NCBI GenBank assembly: GCA_965205505.1
Contig: CBDBHB010000009.1
Coordinates: 2,528,001-2,592,000, forward strand
DNA from: Acidobacteriota bacterium
GTDB taxonomy: Bacteria; Acidobacteriota; UBA890; WLXD01
DNA length: 64,000 nucleotides
Direction: 5' to 3'
Numbering within the stretch: the stretch's first letter is position 1; each line of letters begins with the position of its first letter. Shown in pieces: positions 40,151-50,347 of the stretch. The notes beneath the pieces were generated by a model. That model was not told where the DNA came from. It made no database searches and saw only the letters and a program-made list of their open reading frames with translations. The translations under genes and the position numbers were made by a program.

Positions 40151-41842
40151 ATGCGAGTCCGAAGCACATTCCGCTGGCTGATTGCCGTGGTGGCAATCTG
40201 CTGCCTCTCTGGATACGCGCCACCGAGCGCCGCCAACCTCGACCTGTTGATCACCGGCGGCAGGATCATCGATGGTACTGGCAACCCCTGGTACGCCGCG
40301 GATGTCGGCATCATCGGGGACACGATCGTGGAGATCGGTGACCTCTCGGGCAGACGGGCAGCGCGCACGATCGATGCCACGGGCAAGGTCGTCAGCCCCG
40401 GCTTCATCGACATGCACACACACGTCGACCGTGGCTTCGACCAGCCCGATACCGCCGCCATCCTCAACTACCTGCACCAGGGTGTGACGACTGTCCGGCC
40501 CGGGTCTGACGGCGGCGCGTCGCACCGCGTCTCCGAGACCAAGGCCCGATGGGAAGCGAACGGCATGGGATTGAATGCCGTCCATATGGTCGGCTTCAAC
40601 ACCGTGCGCCGCGATGTCATGGGATACGACTTCCTGCGCGCCGCCAGCGACGACGAGATCGAACAGATCCAGTCCCTCGTACGGCAGGCGATGCGTGAGG
40701 GCTCATGGGGCATCAGTGCCGGCCTCGAGTACGAGGGCCTACACCTACACGCCAGTACCGAAGAGCTCATCGAGGTTACCAGGCCGGTGGGTGAGTTCGA
40801 AGGCGTCTACATCTCCCATATGCGGGATGAGGGCGTTCGTCTGCTCGATTCGATCCGCGAGATCGTGCGCATCGGCGAGGGGGCCGGAGTACCGGTGAAT
40901 GTCACCCATATGAAAGCGGCCGGACGATTGCAGTGGGGCTTGATGACCGAGGCTGTCGAGCTGATTCAAGCAGCGCGCAATCGTGGCGTCTCGATAACCG
41001 CTGACCAGTACCCGTGGGATCAGTCCGCACCGTTCGGGTACATCACCGCGCTGGTCGATGTGCCCAACGACATGGAGGAGCTAGCGACGCTGCGGGACCG
41101 AAGCCGCGCTCGGGAGCTGTCACACGAGGACAGGATCAGCGCTCGCTCGCGCTACGTGGCGGCGCTCCAGGAAGCGCTGCGTGACGAAAACCAGCGGCAG
41201 TTGATGCGCGCATCGACGTACGAGGAGCGCGAGGCTGACTGGAGTGCGGTGGCCAAATGGGGCTGGCAGGACTTCCGCATCAAGCACACCTCCAGGCACC
41301 CCGAGTTACTGCAGAAGAACCTGCTGGACGTCGAGCGGGAGCAGGGTAGGGACGGCTTCGACATCGTCGCCGACCTGGTTCTCGACGAGCCCGACATGTT
41401 GTTCGCCGGGGGCTCGATGTCACCCGATGACCTGCGGCACGCGATGGCGCAGCCCTGGGTGATGATTAGCAGTGATGGCGCCGGCCCGCTCACGCACGCC
41501 GATTACCCTGTTCCGAGCCATCCGCGCTCGTTTGCCAGCCAGGCGGTGGCGCTCCGTCAGTATGTGCGTGACGAGGGCCTGCTTACGCTAGTCGACGCGA
41601 TACGAAAAATGACCTCGTTGCCTGCCCAGTTCCTCGGTATGAGGGATCGCGGTCTGATCGCCGAAGGGTTCAAGGCGGATCTGGCCATCTTCGATCCCGA
41701 GCGCGTCGAAGATCGGGCAACCTGGGCCGATGCGCACCGTTACGCCACCGGCATCGACTACGTGATCGTCAATGGTGGGGTGAGTATCGACGCTGGCGAG
41801 TTCAACGGCGCGCGCCACGGTAGGTTACTGCTGAAGCGGTAG
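40151..41842 (+). CDS. N-acyl-D-amino-acid deacylase-like amidohydrolase with signal peptide
   Basis: IIDGTG, PGFIDMHTH, QGVTT, SHMRDE, HPRSF, RG.I..G..ADL.IFDP. Confidence 0.87.
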   Translation: MRVRSTFRWLIAVVAICCLSGYAPPSAANLDLLITGGRIIDGTGNPWYAADVGIIGDTIVEIGDLSGRRAARTIDATGKVVSPGFIDMHTHVDRGFDQPDTAAILNYLHQGVTTVRPGSDGGASHRVSETKARWEANGMGLNAVHMVGFNTVRRDVMGYDFLRAASDDEIEQIQSLVRQAMREGSWGISAGLEYEGLHLHASTEELIEVTRPVGEFEGVYISHMRDEGVRLLDSIREIVRIGEGAGVPVNVTHMKAAGRLQWGLMTEAVELIQAARNRGVSITADQYPWDQSAPFGYITALVDVPNDMEELATLRDRSRARELSHEDRISARSRYVAALQEALRDENQRQLMRASTYEEREADWSAVAKWGWQDFRIKHTSRHPELLQKNLLDVEREQGRDGFDIVADLVLDEPDMLFAGGSMSPDDLRHAMAQPWVMISSDGAGPLTHADYPVPSHPRSFASQAVALRQYVRDEGLLTLVDAIRKMTSLPAQFLGMRDRGLIAEGFKADLAIFDPERVEDRATWADAHRYATGIDYVIVNGGVSIDAGEFNGARHGRLLLKR

Positions 41843-41922
41843 GCGCGGCGGCATACCATGGGCGACCTCGTCGGCTCTTCGGCCCGGCGGATCGGTTGGC
41901 CTGCGTACTGGAGGAACGCACC

Positions 41923-43494
41923 ATGCGTTTGAGCGCCCAGCCCGTCATCAGCATCGTCGCTCGCAGTGCTCTGCGCATCGGCGCGTTGCTTGGGGCCACC
42001 CTTGCCATGGCTCCAGCTGCGCCGACCGCTCCGCCGGGCCGTGCGGCCGACGTAAAGCTGATGTTCACTGACGTCACCGAGGCGGCCGGATTGGCCGTCG
42101 AACATCGTTTCGACGGTAGCGTCTCAGACATCGGGATGGCTGCCTGGGCCTCTGGCGGCATCGCTGCCGGAGACGTGGATGGCGACGGCTTCGTCGACCT
42201 GATCCTGGTGCGCGCCGATGCCGGTCAGCCGGTCTTGCTGATGAACCTACGCGACGGGACGTTCGCGCAACCGCAGCCGATCGCTGGCCTCGACCGGTGG
42301 GCCGCCGGGGCAACGCCGGCCGACTACACCGGCGATGGCTGGCTTGACCTGATTAGTGGCAACGTCGGCTCGGGTCGACCGCAGTTTCTCACTGGTGGTG
42401 CCAGTGCCCGGTTCGTCGATACTGGCGCCGGCGCGACCGTGCGAACTGCGAAGAACACGTTCTCGACTTCGCTGGCCGATATCGATGGTGATGGTGACCT
42501 CGATCTCGCGATGACGCATTGGGACCTGAACTGTCGCGACGGCTGCGCCGGCGATCACATATGGCAGAACGATAGCGACGGGGTCTTCAGAATCGCCGAT
42601 CCGCAGTGGAGGCTACCGGGCTACGAGGAGGACTACTCGTTCACGCCGAACTTCGCCGATATCAACTTCGACGGCTGGCCGGACCTGCTGGTTGCCGCCG
42701 ACTTGCGCACCAGCCGCGTGTTTCTCAACGATCTCGGACGCGGCTGGGTCGAGGCCACGGACCGCGATGTGATCACCGATAAGAACGGCATGGGCGCTGC
42801 CGTCGGAGACTACGACAACGATGGCGATCTGGACTGGTTCGTGACCAGCATCTGGTACGAAGCCAACTCGAACAGCGGCAACCGTCTGTATAGCAATCAT
42901 GGCGACGGGGTCTTCAGCGATGTCACCACCAAAGCGCGAGTACGTGACGGTGGCTGGGGATGGGGCGCGTGCTTCGCCGACTTCGACAATGATGGCTGGC
43001 TGGACATCTTCCACACCAACGGCTGGTTCACCTACGGCACCGATCGATCCAAGCTGTTCATGAACCTCGGCGGGCGATTTCGCGAGCGAGCCGCGAGGCA
43101 CGGCATTGTTGACGAGCGTTCGGGCCGTGCCGTCGCGTGCTTTGACTACGATCGCGATGGCGACACCGACATTCTGGTAGGCAACCACAACGATCTGCCG
43201 CGCCTGTATCGCAACGACGGTGGCAACGCGCGATCGTTCCTCGATGTCGTGTTGGTGGACGACGGACCGAATACCTCGGGCGTCGGGGCTCGGGTCTTCG
43301 TAACTACGAACGGCCGCACGCAGATGCGCGAGCTGCGTTGCGGCAGCAACTACGTGTCGCAAAACCCGACTGAGGCGCACTTCGGCCTGGGCAATGCGGT
43401 AAGTGCGCGCGTCCGCGTCGTCTGGCCGGACGGCGAGGTCCAACAGCTCGGCCGGGTGCGGGCGCGGCAGCGGCTGGTCGTCGAGCGTTCCTGA
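41923..43494 (+). CDS. CRTAC1-family FG-GAP repeat / ASPIC-UnbV protein
   Basis: Repeated D.D.DG..D motifs, WGWG..FADFDNDG, GSNY.SQ...AHFGLG, V.WPDG. Confidence 0.9.
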   Translation: MRLSAQPVISIVARSALRIGALLGATLAMAPAAPTAPPGRAADVKLMFTDVTEAAGLAVEHRFDGSVSDIGMAAWASGGIAAGDVDGDGFVDLILVRADAGQPVLLMNLRDGTFAQPQPIAGLDRWAAGATPADYTGDGWLDLISGNVGSGRPQFLTGGASARFVDTGAGATVRTAKNTFSTSLADIDGDGDLDLAMTHWDLNCRDGCAGDHIWQNDSDGVFRIADPQWRLPGYEEDYSFTPNFADINFDGWPDLLVAADLRTSRVFLNDLGRGWVEATDRDVITDKNGMGAAVGDYDNDGDLDWFVTSIWYEANSNSGNRLYSNHGDGVFSDVTTKARVRDGGWGWGACFADFDNDGWLDIFHTNGWFTYGTDRSKLFMNLGGRFRERAARHGIVDERSGRAVACFDYDRDGDTDILVGNHNDLPRLYRNDGGNARSFLDVVLVDDGPNTSGVGARVFVTTNGRTQMRELRCGSNYVSQNPTEAHFGLGNAVSARVRVVWPDGEVQQLGRVRARQRLVVERS

Positions 43495-43558
43495 GGGCTA
43501 ACGCGACGCGGGTGAGGACGGGCGGCCACCGGCACGGTCGGCGCGGCGCGGAAGCGAG

Positions 43559-44890
43559 TCACTCGAAAGGCTCGTCCACGCGTATCCAGAACCACAGGAG
43601 TCCAGCCACGATCGCCATCAAAGAGCCTGTGCTGAGGGCGCCAACCCATCCGAACCAACCTACGAAGATCGGTATCAGCGGCGCGGACACCACACCGGCC
43701 AAATTACCCCCAGTATTCAGAATACCGGCCGCGTTGTAGGTGTGTCTTCTAGCCACGAAGCTCGTGCCCGCCCAGTAGGTGCCCTCGGTGAACTGCGTGA
43801 GGCTGAAGCAGATCGTCAGGAAGAAGATCGCCCACGGAGCGCTCTCCGCCAGCGCGCCGAGCAAGAGGAAGACGCCGACGAGCGGCAACGCCACGGCGCA
43901 CGGCAGCCGGCAGCCCCAGCGCGGGCCGAGCCGCTGACACAGGCGGTCGCAGGTCTCGCCGCCGACCGATGCCATGACCGCGCCCGCTAGCCATGGCAGG
44001 GAGGCGACGAAGCCACCGGCCATCATGCCGAATCCGCGCACATCGATGAGATAGATGTAGAACCAGTTGAAGAAGATATAGAAGACGTAGTTCATCGAGA
44101 AGTAACTGAAGGTGAGAAGAAGTATGTTGCGGTCGCGCAGTAGCCGCTTCCAGGCTGCGGTCTTCGGTGCCTGGGTGGAAGGCTCGCCGTTGGAGGTGCC
44201 ACGCTTCGCGGCAGTCTCTCGACCGGCACGAATCAGCGCGATCTCGGCGGCGTTGGTGGCCCAGTGCTCGCGTGGATCGTCACGGCTCTGTCGCCACCAG
44301 ATCCACGCGCCCAGCACGGCCAGCGGGGCAGTGGCATAGAAGGCTCCCCGCCAGCCGATCGTGAGCATGAGCCAGGCGATGAGTGGAGGGGTGACCGCGC
44401 CGCCTAGCCCCAAGCCGGTGCTACTGACGGCGTTGGGGAGCGCCCAACGGCCCACCGGGAACCAGCGTTCGACAGCACCGCCCGTAACGGGGTAGAGAGG
44501 CGCGCGTGCCGCACCGAGAGCGGCGCGGATGATCAGCAGCGTTACGAACACCCCCACGTTGCCTGTGACGATGGTTCCCGGCAAGAGCGCGGTGGCAGCG
44601 GTGATCACAGCCCAGACACCTGTGATGATCGCGAGCACGCGGCGGGCACCGATACGCTGGCCCCAGACCCCTCCCGGGAGCTGGAACAGCGCGTAACCCC
44701 AAGTCATGGCGCTGAACACCCAGCCCATCTGCACGTTGGAGAGGCCGAACTCCTCGGTGATGAACGGGGCGGCGATGGACAGGTTCAGGGCAACGATGTA
44801 GGAGACGAAGCTCAGGCTGAACAGCAGGCCGAGGATGCGCCAGCGAACCTGTGTCGGTCCGTCGGTGCTTGTCGATGTACGCGTCATCAT
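43559..44890 (-). CDS. MFS transporter (anion:cation symporter-like)
   Basis: RW.IL, NLSIAAP, GYALFQLPGG, WFP, GWR..F, NTGGN. Confidence 0.88.
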   Translation of the reverse strand: MMTRTSTSTDGPTQVRWRILGLLFSLSFVSYIVALNLSIAAPFITEEFGLSNVQMGWVFSAMTWGYALFQLPGGVWGQRIGARRVLAIITGVWAVITAATALLPGTIVTGNVGVFVTLLIIRAALGAARAPLYPVTGGAVERWFPVGRWALPNAVSSTGLGLGGAVTPPLIAWLMLTIGWRGAFYATAPLAVLGAWIWWRQSRDDPREHWATNAAEIALIRAGRETAAKRGTSNGEPSTQAPKTAAWKRLLRDRNILLLTFSYFSMNYVFYIFFNWFYIYLIDVRGFGMMAGGFVASLPWLAGAVMASVGGETCDRLCQRLGPRWGCRLPCAVALPLVGVFLLLGALAESAPWAIFFLTICFSLTQFTEGTYWAGTSFVARRHTYNAAGILNTGGNLAGVVSAPLIPIFVGWFGWVGALSTGSLMAIVAGLLWFWIRVDEPFE

Positions 44891-44893
44891 GCC

Positions 44894-45141
44894 CTAGCAG
44901 GCCGTGGTGAAAGAGTGGTGGGTCTGGTTACGGCGAGTTGGGGCCAGATGGAAGGCGGCCTGACACAGGCGATGCCCTAGCCATCGTCGAGGAAGGGCAA
45001 CGCCGCAAATGGCCCCAAATCGCCGTAACCCTTCGGGCGACAGGGGGTTGCGCGCGTATGCTGCGTCGTTCCTCGTCAACGATGGGGTAACCATCGCCTC
45101 CTCCTCTCTCCTTGCCTGCACTTCGCAAGACCCTGTCGCCG
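44894..45141. mobile_element. Family A miniature element, right TIR missing
   Basis: Near-identical to 54352 onward for about 245 bp; starts 3 bp from the MFS start codon. Confidence 0.85.
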
Positions 45142-45312
45142 CCTGAACCCGCGGACCATACCGGAAGTCTGCACCCGACACCAGAATCGTTTCGGCAAGG
45201 ACGAGCCAGTTTGGTCGTGTTTCGCGCGTTAGGGACATGCGGAGGAATCCGCAACCAGCGCGTGGCTCGCGAATGCGGCCCGCGTTCATGCGGATCAAAC
45301 GGAGAGAGCCCG

Positions 45313-47503
45313 ATGCGAGTCCTGCCTGCCATGTCGACCGTTTCCAACGCCGACCGAGCGCTGGAGGCGCCAGTGAGCTCGATGCGAGCCCGTCGTGGGG
45401 GAAGCCTCCCCCGACTGGTTTGGTCCGCCATGCTGTCGATGGTGGCGTTCTGGCTGGTAGTGTCGGGCGCTGAGGCCCAGTCGGCCAGCGGACAGCGCAT
45501 GAGGGTCCCGGCGGAGGTCTACGCTGGCGACCCCGTGCGCGAGATAGAGGCGAGATCGGCCACTTTACTGCGTGGCCGGTTCGACGAGTCGACGAGCTCG
45601 TTTCGTTTGGAGCTGGCGCCCCTCCCCGAGTGGGAGCGCCGTGCACTGGCGAGCGCCAACGACAAGCCGGGAGCTCCCCTGCAGATCGGTGTCGAACGCA
45701 GGGTGCCGCCGCGATTCCGAGGAGTCATGCGCAGCGGCGACTTGGAGTGGTCGGATACCCCCGACGGCGGGATGGCGGCGACGTTCACCGTGAGGTCACC
45801 CGAGGCCGTCGCCGTGCGGCTGGCGCTGCGTATGGCCGACTTCCCGCGTAGCGGGCAGGTCAGGTTCTTTAACGTGGCGCAGCCGGGGCAGAGCTTCGGA
45901 CCCTATGGCCGCGACGAGTTCCGGGCCCAGGCGCGCGCCGCGGCGGATGCTGGTGGCGAGCCGGGTCCGTACTGGTCGCCTGTGGTCGGCGGAGAAGAGC
46001 TCGGGGTGGAGCTGTACGTGCGGCGCCAGGCGCAGCGCCACCGACTCGAGTTCTCGATCGAGGCGGTCGCACATCTGCTCTACTCGCCGAAGTATTCCGA
46101 TCCGGCCGATATCTTCACCGTCAAGGCCTCGCAGGCATGCGAGATCGACCTCGCCTGCAGCCCAGACTGGCAGAGCACAGGCAACGCCGTAGCGCGGATC
46201 CTGTTCCAGGACGGCGGCACTTTTCTGTGCACCGGCCAGCTGATGAACGATACCGATTCCAGCACCCAAATCCCCTACTTCAGCACCGGCGACTCATTGC
46301 ATCGGTAACCAGGGAGCAGCGAGCTCGATCAACTTCTTCTGGTTCGACCAGCTGACCAGTTGCGGCGGTGGAGGCACCACCACTCAGCAGACCTCCGGCG
46401 GCGCCGCCTTGCTGTCGACTTCGAGCACCAACGGCGGCACCGACTTCTCGTTCATGCAGCTGAACCAGCCGCCGCCCGGTGGCGTCAGCCTAGCGGGCTG
46501 GACCAGCGGCACGCCTGGTCTGGGCACGTCGATCACCGGCATACATCATCCAGCCGGTGATGTGAAGAAGATCAGCCAGGGCACCTTGAATGGATTCGAG
46601 CCGTGGTCTGGGGGCACCAATACCCACCTGCTGGTGAACTGGAGCTCCGGCGTTACCGAAGGGGGAAGCAGTGGCTCGGCGTTGTTTGCGCCGAACCAGC
46701 AACTGATCGGTGTGCTCACCGGCGGGAGCTCCTTCTGCAGCGCCCCGAACGCCCCCGATCTGTACGGCCGATTCGATCTGAGCTTCAGGGCGATCAGCCA
46801 ATGGCTGGCGGCAGCGGCGCCACCACCGCCGCCACTACCGCCACCACCGCCGCCACCACCACCTGGGCCGACCGCTTGCAACGCTTTACCCGAAGCGCCT
46901 CCGACGCTCACAAACTCGGTCGACGGTTCGACGGTCGTGCTTAACTGGTCGTCGCCAGGCGGTGGGGTCAATGCCCCGACGTCGTACCGGCTCGAGGCGG
47001 GCACCGCGCCAGGCCTTGCCAATCTGGTGGATGCTGACCAGGGCAATACCACCAGCGTTACTGCCATCAACGTGGGCAATGGCATCTACTACGTCCGCGT
47101 CCGCGCCGTGAACCCGTGCGGCACCGGGCTTGCCTCGCCCGAGACCCTCGTGATCGTGGGCGGTGGCGGTACAGGAGGCGGCGGTGCGTGCACCGCTGCG
47201 CCGGGAGCGGCTACATCGCTGAGGGCCACGATCAGCGGGTCGACCGTGCGCCTGGACTGGAGCCCGCCGGTGAGCACGGCCTCCTTTAGCTCGCTGACGC
47301 GGATAAACGAGCCAACGACCTACATCGTGCAGGCGGGCTCTGCGCCTGGCCTCTCCAACCTTGCGAACAGCAATCTCCAGAGCCCGATCCCGTCAATGAT
47401 CGCCGCAGGGGTTGGGCCGGGCACCTATTACGTGCGAGTCTTGGGACGGAATAGCTGTGGGACCGGGCTATCTTCGAACGAGATCGTGGTCAGGGTGAAC
47501 TAA
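45313..47503 (+). pseudogene. Secreted S1 serine protease (lysyl-endopeptidase-like) with poly-Pro linker and two FN3 domains; +1 frameshift at 46288-46289
   Basis: CTG.LMND, PYF.T then ATHCI after removing one G, HHPAGD.KKIS, TEGGSSGS, YGRF; FN3 W...Y.L.AG...YYVRV. Confidence 0.85.
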
Positions 47504-47555
47504 CCCGCCGTAGCGATGGGGCTCGCGCGGCGGACGGGGGGTCGCGCGAGCCGTG

Positions 47556-49411
47556 ATGGGCAACGGGTTTGTCGGTACGCGGACAAGCACCGAAGGCAAC
47601 TTGCGCCGGCTAATGGTCGGCGCGGTTGTCTTGGCGCTCGCCACACTCGAGCCGCTTGCGGCGGTGCGGACGTGGCGCCGGTATGGACCGACCGCGAACT
47701 GTTGCGCTTTGCTGATGTCGTCGTGGTTGGCGAGGTCAGCCGAGTCACCGCGCGTTGGGACGACGCGGTCGCTGGTATCTACACCTACGTGACCGTGCGC
47801 GTCGACGAGGTCGTGAAAGGCAACGTAAATCGACGCCGCATCACGCTGAAACAGCTCGGTGGGCGCGCCAGGGGACAAACGCTCCGTATTGCCGGCCAAG
47901 CGACCTTCGATTTGGGCGAACGAGTAGTGCTGTTTCTCGAAGTCCGGCCACGCGACGATACCCTCTATACATCGGCCCACTGGCAGGGTAAGTGGCGCAT
48001 CGAGCGCGACGCATCGACCGGCGACGAGCGCGCCATGCGGGTGATTCCTGACGGCGCCGCGCGGCGGCGCTCGGCGCCGGCGGAGGTGCGACCCTTGCGA
48101 CGGTTCCTGCGCGATCTGCGTCGTCTTGCCGCCGAGCTCGAGGCGCCAGCACCCGCTTCCAGGATCCGCTTGATTCCGCCAGAGTTGCAAAAGAGCAGCG
48201 TTGACTCGGTGGATGTCTCCGACCCGTTCACGCTGTTTTTCGTGCGCTGGCACGAGGTGGACAGCGGTGGTGTGATCGCGGTTGATGTCGAGGCCGCCGG
48301 TCAACCCGGACTTCCCGGGGGAGGGTTCGGGGAGATCGACCAGGCGCGGGGCCGGTGGAACGGAGCCGGCAGCGCTCTGGTTCTGGGTGCCGGGGGCGGG
48401 GTTGCCGCTAATTGTTTCGGCGATCCGCGCGGTGACGGCCGGATTCGGATTTCATTCATGGATCCGTGTGGCGAGATGAGCAACACCGGCGGAACGCTGG
48501 CGATCGGCGGCGGGTCGTCTGCCAGCACGGTGGTTGTGGTAAACGGAATCAGCTTCACCAACTTCACCACCGGGACGATCGTAAACAACGACAGCGCCGT
48601 TGCCCTGTCACTGCTGACCAACTCGAACTGCTTCTCCGCCATTTAGCTGCACGAGCTCGGGCACGCGGTCGGGCTGGGTCACAGCGAGGACCCGAGCGCT
48701 ATCATGTTTCCGAGCATCAGCGGCCGTTGTTCGAGTCAGTTTCCGGGGCTCGGTGGCGACGACGTTGCCGGCCTACTGTTCGTTTACCCGACGGTTGGAG
48801 GAGGTGGCGTCGAAGCCCCTAACGCGCCCACCGGAATGGGCAACACCGTGAATGGCTCGACCGTATTCCTTTTCTGGACTGCGCCGATGCCGTTGAGCAC
48901 CGGGCAAGAGGCCGGCGTGGCAACTTCCTATGTTCTCGAGGCTGGCTCGGGGCCCGGACTCTCCGACCTGGTGAACTCGAACATTGGCAACGTGACTTCG
49001 ACGACGGCGACCAACGTTGCGAACGGCACTTATTTCGTACGCGTGCGGGGGGTGAGTGGTGGTATCCCTGGCGCCCCATCCAATGAGACCACGGTGGTCG
49101 TCGGGGGTGGAGGCGGTGGCAACTGCACGGCTGCGCCCGGCGCGCCGACCAGATTGGCGGCGGCGATCAACGGCTCCAGGGTGACGGTGAGCTGGAGTGC
49201 TCCGGGCGGCGGCAACGCGCCTACCACCTACATCATCCAGGCAGGTTCTGCCCCGCGCCTGTCGGATCTGGCCAACATCGATCTGGGCAGCGCCAACACG
49301 ACGTTGATCAACAATGCGGTTGGGCCTGGTACCTACTTTGTGCGCATGCTGGCGCGCAACAGCTGCGGCACCGGGCCGGCCTCGAACGAGATCGTCGTTA
49401 CCGTACAGTGA
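47556..49411 (+). pseudogene. Secreted matrixin-like metzincin with two FN3 domains; frameshift near 47660 and in-frame TAG at 48644-48646
   Basis: The signal peptide is in a different frame from the body; SAI*LHELGHAVGLGHS...AIMFP continues in frame into ORF 48704..49411. Confidence 0.85.
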
Positions 49412-50301
49412 CGCTGAGGATCCTCGCCGCCCTGACAACCTCCGCCTACCTGGTGTGGCTTGTAGTCGCCAGCCCCGGGCCGGCGAAGGCCTCGGTGTTT
49501 CTGGCGGGTGTCGCCCTTCTCTACCTCTGGCTGTGGCTGTTGGGACGGGAGGGGCGCGGGAGCACGGCTGGGCCCGCCTGGCGCGACACCATCGACGTCC
49601 AAATCCTCTGCATTGTGGCGCCGCTCGCGGTCATGGCTGCGTATTGGAATTTCTTGCTGATGGTGCAATGGAACTTCGATCTGCTTCCGCGTCAGGAACT
49701 GGTGCGTTTCGATCGTCTAACGCAGGAGCAGGTGCGCCTGTATTACGAGGAGACCCAGTTCTTCCCGTTCGCATTTCCTGCCAATGTGCTATTCAGCTGG
49801 CGCGACGGGTTGCCGATGGAGAAGTACGACCTGCTCGGGGTCGTGCGGCCCGAGCGCAAGTTCTTCGCGACATTCGATGAAGGCGTCGACCGGTTCCTGC
49901 TGAACGGTTGGAGTCCCTGTGCACCGGGCATGAATGACTGTCGCAGCTTTCAAGGTGTTGGCCAGATCGCCGTCCCGCTTGATCCGGAAGGAGCGTCGGA
50001 GGTTGAGGTTGCCTTCCGAGCTTGGCTGCTGGTGCCGGGCGAGTCGGCGAGGTTGGTAGTGCGTGTCAATGGCGAGCGTGTCGGTCGGCTGCAGCTGAGC
50101 TCCACCCCGACGCGGTTCCAGTTGGCTGTCCCGACCGACAAGTTCCGCCGTGCGTTCAACCGCCTGCGATTCCGAATCGACGAGTGGTCGCAGCACCCGG
50201 CGGACGCGCCGGATGCCGTGGCAGGGCAAACTGAACCTGGTGATGGCCGGCAGCTCGAGCGTGTTGCGATGGGCTTCCTCCGCGTGACCCGGGATGGGTG
50301 A
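49408..50301 (+). CDS. Internally deleted paralog of the 23113..25140 GT-C-like protein
   Basis: Shares the N-terminus (AYL.WL...SP...K.SVFL.G, DV..L) and C-terminus (WNF.LMVQWN, PF.FPANV.FSWR.GLP...YD.L, LLNGWSP) but lacks the central core. Confidence 0.7.
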   Translation: MTLRILAALTTSAYLVWLVVASPGPAKASVFLAGVALLYLWLWLLGREGRGSTAGPAWRDTIDVQILCIVAPLAVMAAYWNFLLMVQWNFDLLPRQELVRFDRLTQEQVRLYYEETQFFPFAFPANVLFSWRDGLPMEKYDLLGVVRPERKFFATFDEGVDRFLLNGWSPCAPGMNDCRSFQGVGQIAVPLDPEGASEVEVAFRAWLLVPGESARLVVRVNGERVGRLQLSSTPTRFQLAVPTDKFRRAFNRLRFRIDEWSQHPADAPDAVAGQTEPGDGRQLERVAMGFLRVTRDG

Positions 50302-50347
50302 GCGTGACGCTCGCCCGCGACACTGACTCCAGCGGGAGGGCAGAACG

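Noticed and set aside
44894-45646. ORFs 44894..45646 and 54352..54678 (minus) with near-identical peptides
   Set aside because: They are translations of the repeated element with no transposase motifs.
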